Notes under the pieces: model-generated
The model's database searches: none
What the model was told of the DNA's origin: nothing
What the model saw: the letters and a program-made list of their open reading frames with translations, nothing else
Source: Bigelowiella natans CCMP2755
Lineage: Eukaryota; Protista; Cercozoa
Length of the DNA: 64,000 bases
Assembly: GCA_000320545.1 (NCBI GenBank)
Contig: ADNK01000067.1
Span: forward strand, 1 to 64,000
Direction of reading: 5' to 3'
Made by a program: the position numbers and the translations under genes
Shown here: piece after piece, positions 29,674 to 41,018 of the stretch
How positions within the stretch are numbered: position 1 is the first letter of the stretch
How the letters are laid out: every line of letters begins with the position of its first letter

Positions 29674-30299
29674 GCATCGATATACTGCTAATCCAGCATA
29701 TAGAATGAGAAAATAGTTACACGAGGTTTACAGAGGAGCATTGCTACCTCGCTCATTTTGGACACAAAACATTGCATCCGCATCGATTGCACAATGATTA
29801 CACCTGCTATACATAATCCATATCACAGTAAGCATAGCGTATCTTAGCGGTCATTCAGCATACATACACGCACTGACAAGGATTAGGCTTAATTGACGCC
29901 AGGAGCGGATACATCTAGGAGCAGCTCTTATTGAGCTTTGTCATTTCCTCGTTTCTGAGCATGCTTTATTGTCTAGTTGTACGTTCGTTTGCACCACGCG
30001 TGTTTGCACAGTTGCGCGCATGACTCGCTTCCGCGCTCAGCTTGCCGACAGGCCACAAACAATTGTTTTGCATTCAACTCATCACAACGTACGCAGCGTC
30101 CAACAAGTCATCACGCAGATTTTCGGCTGCCGGCGCGCATTGTTGCAACGAACTGTACGTGAGCACATGGCTATGCACAACAAGAGCTTGTCATATCACG
30201 TAGCTTGATGCAGAAGGCGGGGCAGCTCTTTGAAGCAGAATTGAAAAGGTTTTAGCCAAACCCTACTAATTCGTTGTGTGTGTGTGTGTGTGTGTATAC

Positions 30300-31288
30300 A
30301 TACACATAAATCCTAGTAGTAATATGGTTCTGCGTGGAAATATGATAGCCGTATGCTCAAGCCAATAATGCCGCCTTCGTTCGTCGTCATCAAACTGCGT
30401 CATTCATAGCATATATTGAGAAGCGGTTGCATGTTAGCATGGGCGAACATTGACAAACACGGTCGCAAACTCAATCCAAGCGAAGCTAGCATGTTCAAGA
30501 TGCGAGCCATCGATCAAATGCACTCACCTCATGTCTTTGTTGTTTTTGCAGCTCCACCCTCCTTACCTGCCGTGCTACTGCCATTACTACTACTACTACT
30601 ACTACTACTACTATTATTCTTGCTGCTAGTGCTGCTATTCTGTGTATTGTCTTCGGAAGTAGATGTAGCAGTACGACCGCTACCATCGTTGTTGCTACTT
30701 TTATTGCCGCTTTTCTTTTGGTCAGCGGCCATAGACTTGAGCATGACCCGCCTAACAATGTGCTGCAGCTCGCTCTCCAAAATAGACACCTTCGAGAACG
30801 TCTCCTGGAGGTAGCAATCACACGACAACAGGGAAATTACTCAAAAGAAGAGTGGTTTTGACGGCAGCGAGGGTATATTCAATGTGGGTTGGTGAAAGAG
30901 AGGTGGTGGTGGTGGTGATGGTGATAACAACGGTAGTTTCATTTGACTTAGGAATCACCAAACAACGCAGATTTGAATAATGGTTTCGACATCAACTTGT
31001 GTAAGGCTACTTCTACCTCTTTAGTATGCGTTGTGACTAGCGATCGAAGCACGTCCATATGCCCCGTAACCATCTCGCGTAGCACTTTCATCGTATCCTT
31101 TAGGGAAAGCGAACGGGGGAGGGTTTGATTTCTTGCTCAGTTTCTTCACTGCGTATCATATCGTGTGTAGTACCATGTACATTCGGCAGACATGGCACTA
31201 GTACATATGATACAGAAGTTGATCATCCATACATTGTTGTGCTTCTTTAGCAATTGGCGAATTTTCTGGCGACCCACTTGAATAGGCT

Positions 31289-31339
<51 letters not shown>

Positions 31340-32711
31340 CGTATACTTAATGCAGTTTGTGAGATGGATTATCCCTCCCCCCCCCCTTTAGTAGACAATG
31401 TTCATACTATGCAACCCCACTTTTGTTAGTGTCGGCAGTAGCTGCCTTGGTAGCTTTAGTTTTCTTCTCCTCCTTTTCTTTCTCTGTTTGTTTTACGAGG
31501 CGATTCACTATCTCGGTCTCTGGAGTGTGGAAATCCGTCGTTAACGGAGCGTCGTCTTCGTGCGTGTCCTTCTCAGCTTTTTCTGCTTTTCTGGCCCTCC
31601 GCTCAATATCTGCTACACGCATCTCGTATATCCTATGGATTTATTTCACAAGAAACAACCATGCCCAAAGCTACATCAACCCAGATCTTCTTTGGGATCG
31701 TGGACGACTAATGGTTGTTGGGGGGCTGCTTATCATGTTGAACCAGCCAATAAGATAATATGTGACGACGGAAACTAATGCGTGTGTGCTCGTTGTACTT
31801 CTGCAACAACCTTTTAGCTTTAATCATTGCCTCCTCCTCGTTCGTTCGACCTCGTAGGCAACAATCGCAAACGACCTGTTATTATAATCAATTGCATACA
31901 ACATTCAAGGTTTCAGGGCAAGAGCAAGAAAGTAGAGCTCACCGTCAACAAGACAACCACAATTGCGACCCCAGCGGAAATCTCCCATTCGAAGAACCAC
32001 ATTAATCTTTCTTCTGATAATTGCCTCTCCAGCGTTGAGCGAGAGGGATAACTATGTTCCTCTTCTCCGGATTGATAAGCTTCTACCCTTTTCAATCCTT
32101 TACAACTTAGATTGGGGGGGCGAGAACGTAGTGTCTCCTCACTGATCTCCTGGCAACGCAGCGCTGTTGTTGTTATTGTTGTCCTACATGTCGGAATGGT
32201 AGTCGATATTACTCCGACAAAATTGTTCCTAAAAACGATGATGAATCATGAGTTCTGAGGAAAATAATTAAGCGGCGCTCATAGACTGGAATGACTGACG
32301 TCGTCGCACACGCAGCCAGTTAGTTAATGGCCCCCCGATCAACCGCTGCCTTTCGCCTCCAAACCGTATAACGCCGTTGCTGTTGGGATTTTCTTGCTTT
32401 CGCGATTTTAAGGTAACCGGACATAAGAGTGCCCGAGAGGCTTCGTAACAATAGCTGTCCACCAGCATCGATCTATTATCAGCAGTAGCATATTAACTCA
32501 TCATGAGGAAGACTTGCTGGGATTGTACTTTGCCGATTCCTGTTGTTTTCCATCTTTTGTGTCTTTTCGTTCCAAATATTACACTAGTCGATCAGCTTCA
32601 CTCTCATGTAAATTGTGTCTTCCGTGATGTGTGCAATCTTGCCCCCTCGCAGAAAGTGTGGGCTCGACAACGCCAGCGTGTAAAGGGGGTGGGGGATAAC
32701 TCGGCAGCCAT
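30300..32711 (-). CDS. Hypothetical multi-exon protein with one predicted TM segment and charged/coiled-coil regions (ends approximate)
   Basis: Exons: LERQLSEERLMWFFEWEISAGVAIVVVLLT; ADIERRARKAEKAEKDTHEDD...; DTMKVLREMVTGHMDVLRSLVTTHTKE / ETFSKVSILESELQHIVRRVMLKSM. Candidate ATG at 32711 (MAAELSPPP). Confidence 0.55.
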
Positions 32712-32950
32712 TGAGCCTACAAACTCTCAAAAGGACGAATCTATCAACTGTAAGAAAAATTCAGGTGTCGATTGAACAACGCGGGTTCTGTAAAGTAGTG
32801 CGTATGATGAGTAGGATTCTCCACATTTCAGCCACGTCTCTCCTTGTACGATAATTAGGAAATCTAGTTTTCCATTCAATCCCTCTTGTTGGAGAGCGTG
32901 GGGGTGACTTCGTGTATTGCTCCCCCTGCTCCTCCTCTCTGTGTGGGGTG

Positions 32951-34508
32951 ATGGATGGGAACAGTGAAGCTATCGTAGCATGTATTCTACAGATGGCGAC
33001 GGGTATGTTCCAATACTACCATCTCCCTCCTTTCCCTGCTCCCCTTCTTCTTGTCCACCTTCACACATTCCCCCCCTCCCTACCCCCCTGCCCGCCTACC
33101 ATCCTTCCTTCCTTAATGTCGTTCTAACTCACTGACAAAACTATGGCAACGATAGCTTACATATTGTAACTTGAAAAATACTGTTAATGTTCTTAACACA
33201 GGATCGTCCTTTATCTTCCTCAATGAACGTATAATGAAGGCTGTTGGATTTCCGTAATTTCAAAAGCTGCCCTTTGTAAAGAGAGAAGAAAAAGGGGGAG
33301 GCATGTTTTAAACTTTCATAAATTCAACTGGAACGAGAATATTTCAATATGCGATGCGTGTTTTCAGTGCTGCATGGGCTCTAGTTATCCTCCTCCTCCT
33401 CCTCCTCCTCCTCCTCCTCCTCCTCATTCTTCTTCTTCTTCTTCTTCTTCTTCTTCTTTGTTGTCACCATAGTCATCATCATCGTCATCATCATTGTAAT
33501 CCGCGAACTGTGCGTGCATGCAGGTTCCCGATGATGTTGTCATTCATTGGCTTTTTCGGATCGACGATCATATCGATGGCTTTAGTTTGGGTTTGATATT
33601 ATTCTGGCTGTTGTTGTTGTTGTTATTGTTGGAGGTGGTGGTGTTTATACCAACCCTCTGAATGCTACTGCAACTTGCCCATGCTGCACAGTTCCACCCA
33701 TTAATTGCTAGATGGATTAACTGCGACTTATACTATACATTTTATCGTTGGTCTTTATCCCTAATAGTCGGGCAGGGTAAAAGCAAACCAAAACAACATT
33801 AGAATGTTGGACTTTAACTCTACTAGCATCAAGGTGGTAGCTGCCTAAAGTAGTGTGAGATAGAAAGAAGAACAACGGCGAATTGGTTGGACGAACTAAT
33901 GCATCTATGAAAATTGACTTTTTTACAAGTTTTGCCTTTTCAAGGTGCCATCCCCCCCCTCCCCCTTCCTCTCCTCTCCTTATCCTTCGCCGTAACTTGC
34001 ATTTAACATCTCAGGTATTGATGCTGTCATTATTTGTGACAATGAGTGTAGTCCTCGGCATGGCAGCATATTTGTACCTATCTGTAAGCTTTATCCAGGT
34101 AATCAAAGAATAATAGTAATGATGATGATAATAATAATATTAATATAAAGAAGAAGAAGTTTCAGTTTGTTGTCATTATCATTATCATCTTCTTGTTGTT
34201 GTTGTTGTTGATGCTGTTGCTGTGCACCCCTTCCGTCCTCTTCCCTACTACTACTACTACTACCTCTTCTTCTACTACTTTGTTGTATTCTTCACATGTT
34301 TTGCATCTATCTTCCAATAGATGTTGAAAGCTACAACACCAGGGATGACAATGGCGATCTTACTCATGTACGCTCCTCCCCGTTATTATTTCTCCGTTTC
34401 TTCTTCATCTTACCTTATCCTGATGTTGTCGTATGTCCGTGCTACATGATGGTGATTGTGATGATGATGAGAAGGAGGAGATGGAGGGTGATTTCATGCT
34501 GATGTTCC

Positions 34509-34546
<38 letters not shown>

Positions 34547-34693
34547 GAGAGAGAGAGGGGGGGGGGGGGGAGGGGGCATGTAACCGCTACATTTTTGTTG
34601 TCTTAGCAATATCTGTGATCCACTCTTTGATGTAGGTGCAACATGCTTACTTTCGAGCTTCAACTGGTAGGAGTACATTGCACGCACAACAAA

Positions 34694-34725
<32 letters not shown>

Positions 34726-35155
34726 GAATGACGATGATGATGATGATGGTGATGGGGTCATTAGGGTTGAGAATTACGTGCATGAATCGATAACATCTCG
34801 TTTCGGTACTGCTCTATGGGCCGGTATATCAACGTTGAAGATAGCAGTATTTGACGTCAGTCGCCGTGTACCCTTCTCCATCATTGTTATGAAGCACGAT
34901 ATGTTACAGCAGTAGATTTACTTCCGATTCACTGTTCAATGTTCCCCTCCCCCCTTCCTTCCACCCACCCCCACACAGGTCGCCAGCACCTTCGCTATTG
35001 TTATCGGGGCGGTTATCAGCGGATTTGGAGAGGTAGTAGCATGATGAGATGTGAAGAAGAAGGAGGAGGAGGAGGAGGAGGAGAGAGAGTATACATCAAC
35101 ATACACCGTGAAACAATGTGGGATTTTCATTTAGATCAGGAGTTACACACACACA

Positions 35156-35192
<37 letters not shown>

Positions 35193-35687
35193 GCATATAA
35201 TTATTTGTGTGTACAGGGCGGTCTTTCAACCCTTGGTGTAGTGATCATGCTGTCTTCGTGCTTATCGGAAGCTCTAAGATCTGTCCTTACTCAATCCTTA
35301 CTCTCTGGTGATGAGACGATATAGTAGTGTGATGGGGTTTGGGAGAGGGGGATATCAGTAGTACGGACTACTACTGCTGACTACTACTGCTGCTACTACC
35401 ACGTCAGAAATTCAAATGTGTATAATAGCAAGATTGTGGATCTAGATTACCAGCATCATTTTCATCTTTCAATTTTGCTTCGTCTTTAATTATTCTATCT
35501 CTTCTTCTTCTTCTTCTTCTTCTTCTTCTTCTATCTACACTTCTCCCCCAGGCACTAAGCTCTCTATTATGGAAGGACTTTATCTCATGTCCCCTCCCTG
35601 TGCATTTGCTACTTTTGTGGCGGTCACGTTGTTTGAAACCAACGCTCTTAGCGAGGTGTGCAAGCAACGAAATAGCCATGTGGGGTA

Positions 35688-35729
<42 letters not shown>

Positions 35730-36783
35730 CCATCCTCATCCTCCTCCTCCTCCCCATGATCTTGTGCTTTTGATCTAGGGAGTGGGTACTATTGCTGCAC
35801 ACCCCATAATATTTCTCATCGCTGCGAGTTTGGGCTTTTTCCAGCACCTATGCACATTGTGGGTGGTCCAGGTGTGTGTGTGTGTGTGTGTTTGTGTGTG
35901 TGTACGTTTGCAGTTAGTTGTTTTGTTCCACACACACACGAAGAGAGATGGATGAGTGGGGGGCTGGGTGCGGATATTTTAAAGCATACGCTATAGTAGA
36001 CACTGGCAGTTGTGTCTTTTTTCAATGCTACCAAAACGTTGGGCCTCCCTCCATTCTACAAGCAAGCCCTCAAATCCACCCCCCCCCACTTCCTCTTACA
36101 TTGCATTGATGGTAACAGACGACGAATGCGCTCACCCTCAAAATCCTTGGCCCTTTGAGGTTGGTAGGAGAGGAAACATTTGCTGCTAAGATATCAATGG
36201 GAGTTGAAGAGGGGGAAGGAGAGAGAGAATTTGGTGTCGCAACAATAAATGATAATTGTAAGGATAAAAACCTGAACATCATAAGACGTCCTCGGTCCTA
36301 GAGAGTGATTGTCGCAATGGCCAATGATGATGCTGGTGTGCGGTATGATGTTATATTGTTAATGTATTCGTGTTTTACGGAGTGTATGCGTGTGTGTATG
36401 CGCGCGCGTGTGTGTGTGTGTGTGAGTGTGTGTGTGTGTGTGTGTGTGCGTGAGCGCCTCTTGTTTTCAATATTTTCCCTCTGTTCCTTTTCTATTCCTC
36501 CTCAGGAGTATATTGGTGGTCGCCGTGAGTGTGATGTGCCTGGGAGAGGAGCTGTCTCAACTAAAGGGATGGGTACGTAATAAACACGAGGAGGAGGTTA
36601 AGGAGGAGGAAGAGGAGAGCATGATGCTGACGAGGCTGATAATACGTTCCTAATGTTGACGTTAGTTGGGAACGTAATGGGATGTTTGAGGGGAGAGGGT
36701 GTTGGGGGGTTGATCCTGAAACGTCATCATTGTTGCTAGCCATGTCTAACGGGATATTGTGTTTTCGCTTTACTAAATTGTGA

Positions 36784-36823
<40 letters not shown>

Positions 36824-37135
36824 GATGTGTGTGTGTTTATGTAGAAATATCATATTGATAGCTTGATACGTGGAATACAGGGTTACATAATCTCCCTCCT
36901 CGGCCTATTTTGGTACAATGTGAGTCAAATGTACGGAGGCAAAAACAGAAAGATGGGCGGGGGTAAACACAACAGCGTTGTCCAAGGTTCGGTGTATGAT
37001 GCAGCCCTGAAAAATAATGCTCTCACCAATGCAACTATTCACCCCCGAGTGAGCAGCTATAGCAGCGCAAGACATGGCAGCATGGAGAGAGTGTTTTCAC
37101 TGCTGCAAGAGCTAATCCTCAGTTTAACAACCTAG
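32951..37135 (+). CDS. Triose-phosphate-transporter family / SLC35 nucleotide-sugar-type transporter, multi-exon (C-terminus approximate)
   Basis: GSSFIFLNERIMKAVGFP, FPMMLSFIGFFGS, AAYLYLSVSFIQ/MLKATTP, VASTFAIVIGAVISGFGE, SCLSEALRSVLTQSLL, LYLMSPPC, TTNALTLKILGPL, GYIISLLGLFWYN; matches the TPT/DMT family pattern. Confidence 0.85.
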
Positions 37136-37816
37136 GTGCATCATCACCAGTAAAGAACGGTAGTGGCAAGAGCGTCAAGAGTGGTAGCAGCAGTACCGAC
37201 CAGACCTTCATTAAGATGGAGCGTTTCGGAGGGGGGGAGGGTAGATCATTCGATGGTAATGTCATGTCACCCTAACTCAACCATACATACAGCCCATAGC
37301 AGCGAGCAGTCGCCATAACAGTGAAGGCTGGTGTTTGGTTGCCATCTTATCTTATTAGCAGCAGTGTCTTGCATGCACTAAGTGCATGTGGTAGATAGCA
37401 ATGTAAAATAAAGCTAGCATCATGGTATATATGCGATGGCCACGGGATAAGTGTATAGAATACGTCGATAGCAGCGCAGCTCGCTCGACGTATGCGTTGG
37501 TTTGTCGATCGATTCGCGCACGTGCTGTGTCCATCTAGCATACGGCTTGGTAAGTGACTATCTATGCGCAAGAGTGCTTGGCTGGCGCAAAGTAGATTAT
37601 CTGTACATAAATATATGTAAACGTTTACGCAAAATCGCCAAGTATCAGTGAACAGTCAATCACAGCTAGCCGTGCAACTATAGACAAGCGTGCATACATG
37701 CACGAAGGCGTGGCTATTTATGCAAGCTTACAAATGATCAACGATCATTCATCGAGTTTAATGCGTGATGACTAGTAGCACATATAGCATGTATAGCACA
37801 TGCAGCACACACACAT

Positions 37817-37893
<77 letters not shown>

Positions 37894-37999
37894 TTTGCAC
37901 AGCTACATTAGGATGACAATTGAAAACGTTTAATCATTTTATTACATCCGTCTAATAAATATATATTTATATGCATATTATAATATTGGACACCTATTT

Positions 38000-39330
38000 T
38001 ATCTAATCGGTGTGACAATCTCATTACGAAATAATGTGCACCACCGTAGAATTTTGCCAATGAATAAGGGTGTCCACAATTCCATTTCGAGAACGATGTC
38101 ACGAAGTCGAACCGAAGTTTCCAGTGAACAGCTCACATTGCCGCTTGTACTTCTGAACGCATACATTGTATTGATGTACAAATACCTTCATGGGAGAATG
38201 CGTTGTGTACTCTTCTTACCTCTTGTTATCACGCTCTGTGCGGCCATCATGTTGTCACCCGTATTGCTGTTGATGCCTACCACATGACCGATCAGAACTC
38301 ATCACAGTCTTCGTCGTTCAAAAAATTTCGAGGAAGAAATATATTGAGACAAAGCTACCTCCTTTCGGCTCCTCAACGTAGAAGTCTCGTGCAATGTGTT
38401 TGTCTGTTACCCATCCATGCTCTCCACCGCCCATCACCTCTGTCCAAGCTTGGCGGGTGTTATCGTCCCAGTTATGATTATCCATGAAGTTGTCGCTAAG
38501 ATTGTACGACGCCATAGGCACCAACTCTAGGCCTCCTCCTTCCTGGTTAACCATAATCGTAAGAAAGTCTTAGTAACTTCATTGCCACCATTGTAAAATG
38601 AAGGCTACCTTCTCCTTGAGAAGACCAAGAATCGCCACTTTCTTCGAGGTCTGTGTTACCCATTCTTCCGACGTAACTTTTCTCCCTGTAGCGGCCTCCA
38701 GCAACGATTCACCGGCAACTTCTGCGAATGCACCCATGGCTGCGCCAAGGAAGCCCCCACCCGATTTATTGTCTCCCCCAATTGCTTGGTTGACTTGGTT
38801 TGCGATTTGGTTTCCAGGAGGGCCATCACGTTTTTGATGGTCTTTAGAAATAAACACGAAAGGCTCGCTCCTGATGAAGATTGCCTTGTCACCAGAGCAG
38901 AGATAGAAATCGACCTTCCTTTTTTCGTCTTTTATGGTTTTTGATCTATTCTCGTCCCCATCCTTCCAGTGCTCTTGGACCTAAAAAGGAACTCCATATC
39001 AGCCAATTTTTATTGTCTCCACTGTCCTTCGTGGATAAACATCAATATAGTTTTACATCACGGTGGTACCTTAAGATGGTAAAATACACACTGTCGGGGT
39101 GTTACGGGACAGTTCAGTGGCGTCTGAGTGGTAACCCACCTATGAAGAACACAAAGCTGATCCACCCATTACATGTTCAATGGTATCGAAAGGAGCGAAT
39201 TGTTGTTTCCTTACCCGACAACTTTAACGGCCTCGCCCACCTTCGCGTCCCCCACACGTACACACGGGAACGCGTTAAGAACCAAATCCCGTTTTTGGTA
39301 ATAGTTTAGGCAGCAGTAGCAGTTCCCCAT
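38000..39330 (-). CDS. Putative N-myristoylated/palmitoylated protein with a GIDE-like region (3' end approximate)
   Basis: Starts MGNCYCC. Exons: AFPCVRVGDAKVGEAVKVVG / TQTPLNCPVTPRQCVFYHLK / VQEHWK...KVDFYLCSGDKAIFIRSEP...VAILGLLKEK. The gene is well supported; the GIDE assignment rests on pattern recall only. Confidence 0.55.
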
Positions 39331-39961
39331 TGCTATTAGATGCGCGAGCAAAAAGAGATTAGTATCTTCAGTTTCAGCACAATGACACGAAGGTGTTGAT
39401 CCGCCCCAACCCAAAACATGATTGATTCTCTTCCTGCGGCAAGCACAAATTGTTGTCGCACCTCTCATCACTGGTAGGTGAGATATTTTTGGCTTTTCAA
39501 ATCTAGAAATCTGCGCGAATGATTGCGCACGTCATTGTGAACCAATGATCAGTTGCATGCGTTTCGCACGCTTTGAACGTCTTGCAACGTGCAGTTCATC
39601 GTGCTCGAGTGACCCTCTCGAGTTGCACCCTGCTGCGTGCAAATGCCTGTCTCCCATGTGGTTCTAGCCGGGGATGTTGTGGTGGGCATGAAGTGGACCA
39701 TCAAGGGGGTTTCACATCCCCCGGGTTTTGGTCCGTATCATGCTCGGCGGTTTTGCCCCGGCGTCAGCCGGGAAAATTTTTTCGATTTCACCCAAAAAAA
39801 TGCAAATTTTGTTCAAATTCCTCAATGTTTTCTTCAAAAACCATCCACAAAATGTCTAGTGAAATTACTAGCACCGTGTCATTAGCCCTCTGAGAATTCT
39901 GAAACTCACACCGTCCCAACCAACTTCCCCTTCCTTTCCCGTCCACCTCCAACCCACCACA

Positions 39962-40279
39962 ATGGATGAATCCAACTGGGCAATTGACACAGGGAAACAT
40001 GTTCGTGTGCATTGGAGGCATGATGGCCAGGTGAAATGTTGGACCTGTGTTGTGGGAAAGCAGAAGGGAGCATCATTCTCTGTGCGTGAGGTGGGAGGTA
40101 ATTCTTTTCCTTGGGGCGGTGATGATGAAATCCTTTCGCCCAAACAAGACGAATGGAAATTTGTGAGGCGGACTTGCATCGAAGATGCTGTGAAGGATGC
40201 ATGCAGTGCCTGTTCGGATGGTTCTAGAGGGCGTTGTTCACATGAAGCCATGGAGCATGACCCACAGGACATGGTGAGT

Positions 40280-40314
<35 letters not shown>

Positions 40315-40644
40315 TCTTGACAGCCATCATTTGAACAAACGCATTCGAATCAGAAGGGAGTCGTCACTGAAAACAACAGAAGTGTGGAGGGCATGAGCTT
40401 GGACTGGATCGCTCCTTGTGAATCAAATGAGAGTTGTCACAACCAGAAGGCCAGCAGACCACCTTCAGAATGGCAATTCCCCAGTTTGTTTGCGAAAGAT
40501 TTGTGTGCAATTTGTGTTTTGGTTTTGCAATGGTGGGTGTCCGTGTTGTCAGAAGAAAAACAGGAAGCTCAGATGCTTGCATGTCACGTCTCACAAGGCA
40601 TCAACCAACAGAAAGAGACGATTGAATCCCCGGAGGACTGCTGA
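39962..40644 (+). pseudogene. Probable fossil spliced gene: Tudor/SH3-like first exon, (GT)n intron 40274-40323, second exon
   Basis: DTGKHVRVHWRHDGQVKCWTCVVGKQKG...DEWKFV; gtgag...cag intron with a host-like microsatellite; the reading frame continues in phase. No Tyr, excess His/Cys. Confidence 0.4.
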
Positions 40645-40804
40645 TGCAACTTTGAAATCACATTCACATGATCATGGTGGCATGCATTCATCACACAACA
40701 TCAAAATCGCTTTCCAATTGTCATCATCAACCACGCACACACACACACACACATGCACACACACACACACACGCACGCACATGTGGAGCTCCAAAGATGC
40801 AGTG

Positions 40805-41018
40805 TGCGATGGCATGTGACAGCATGCGACAGTCTGCGATGGCACGTGATGGCATGCGACAGTGCGTGTGCGACAACATGTGCGATGGTGTGTGACAGCG
40901 TGCGACAGTGTGCGAGTGTGCGATGGTGTGTGATGGTGTGTGATGGTGTGCGATGGTGTGCGATGGCATGCGATGGCATGCGATGGTGTGCAACAGCATG
41001 CGATGGCATGCGACAGTC
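40805..41018 (+). repeat. Degenerate 10-bp tandem repeat, ~20 units, pattern YG-YR-A-YR-G-YR
   Basis: Units include tgcgatggca, tgtgacagca, cgtgatggca, tgcgacagtg, tgtgatggtg, tgcaacagca. Confidence 0.9.

Noticed and set aside
34560-34915. Alternative exons NICDPLFDVG / VENYVHESITSRFGTALWA in the transporter gene
   Set aside because: The simpler join MAILLM-CNMLTFELQL-VASTFAIVIG fits the TPT family spacing, so the rest is intron.
40805-41018. CRISPR-like or repeat-protein interpretation of the tandem array
   Set aside because: There are no spacers, the unit is 10 bp (not a multiple of 3), and the context is eukaryotic.
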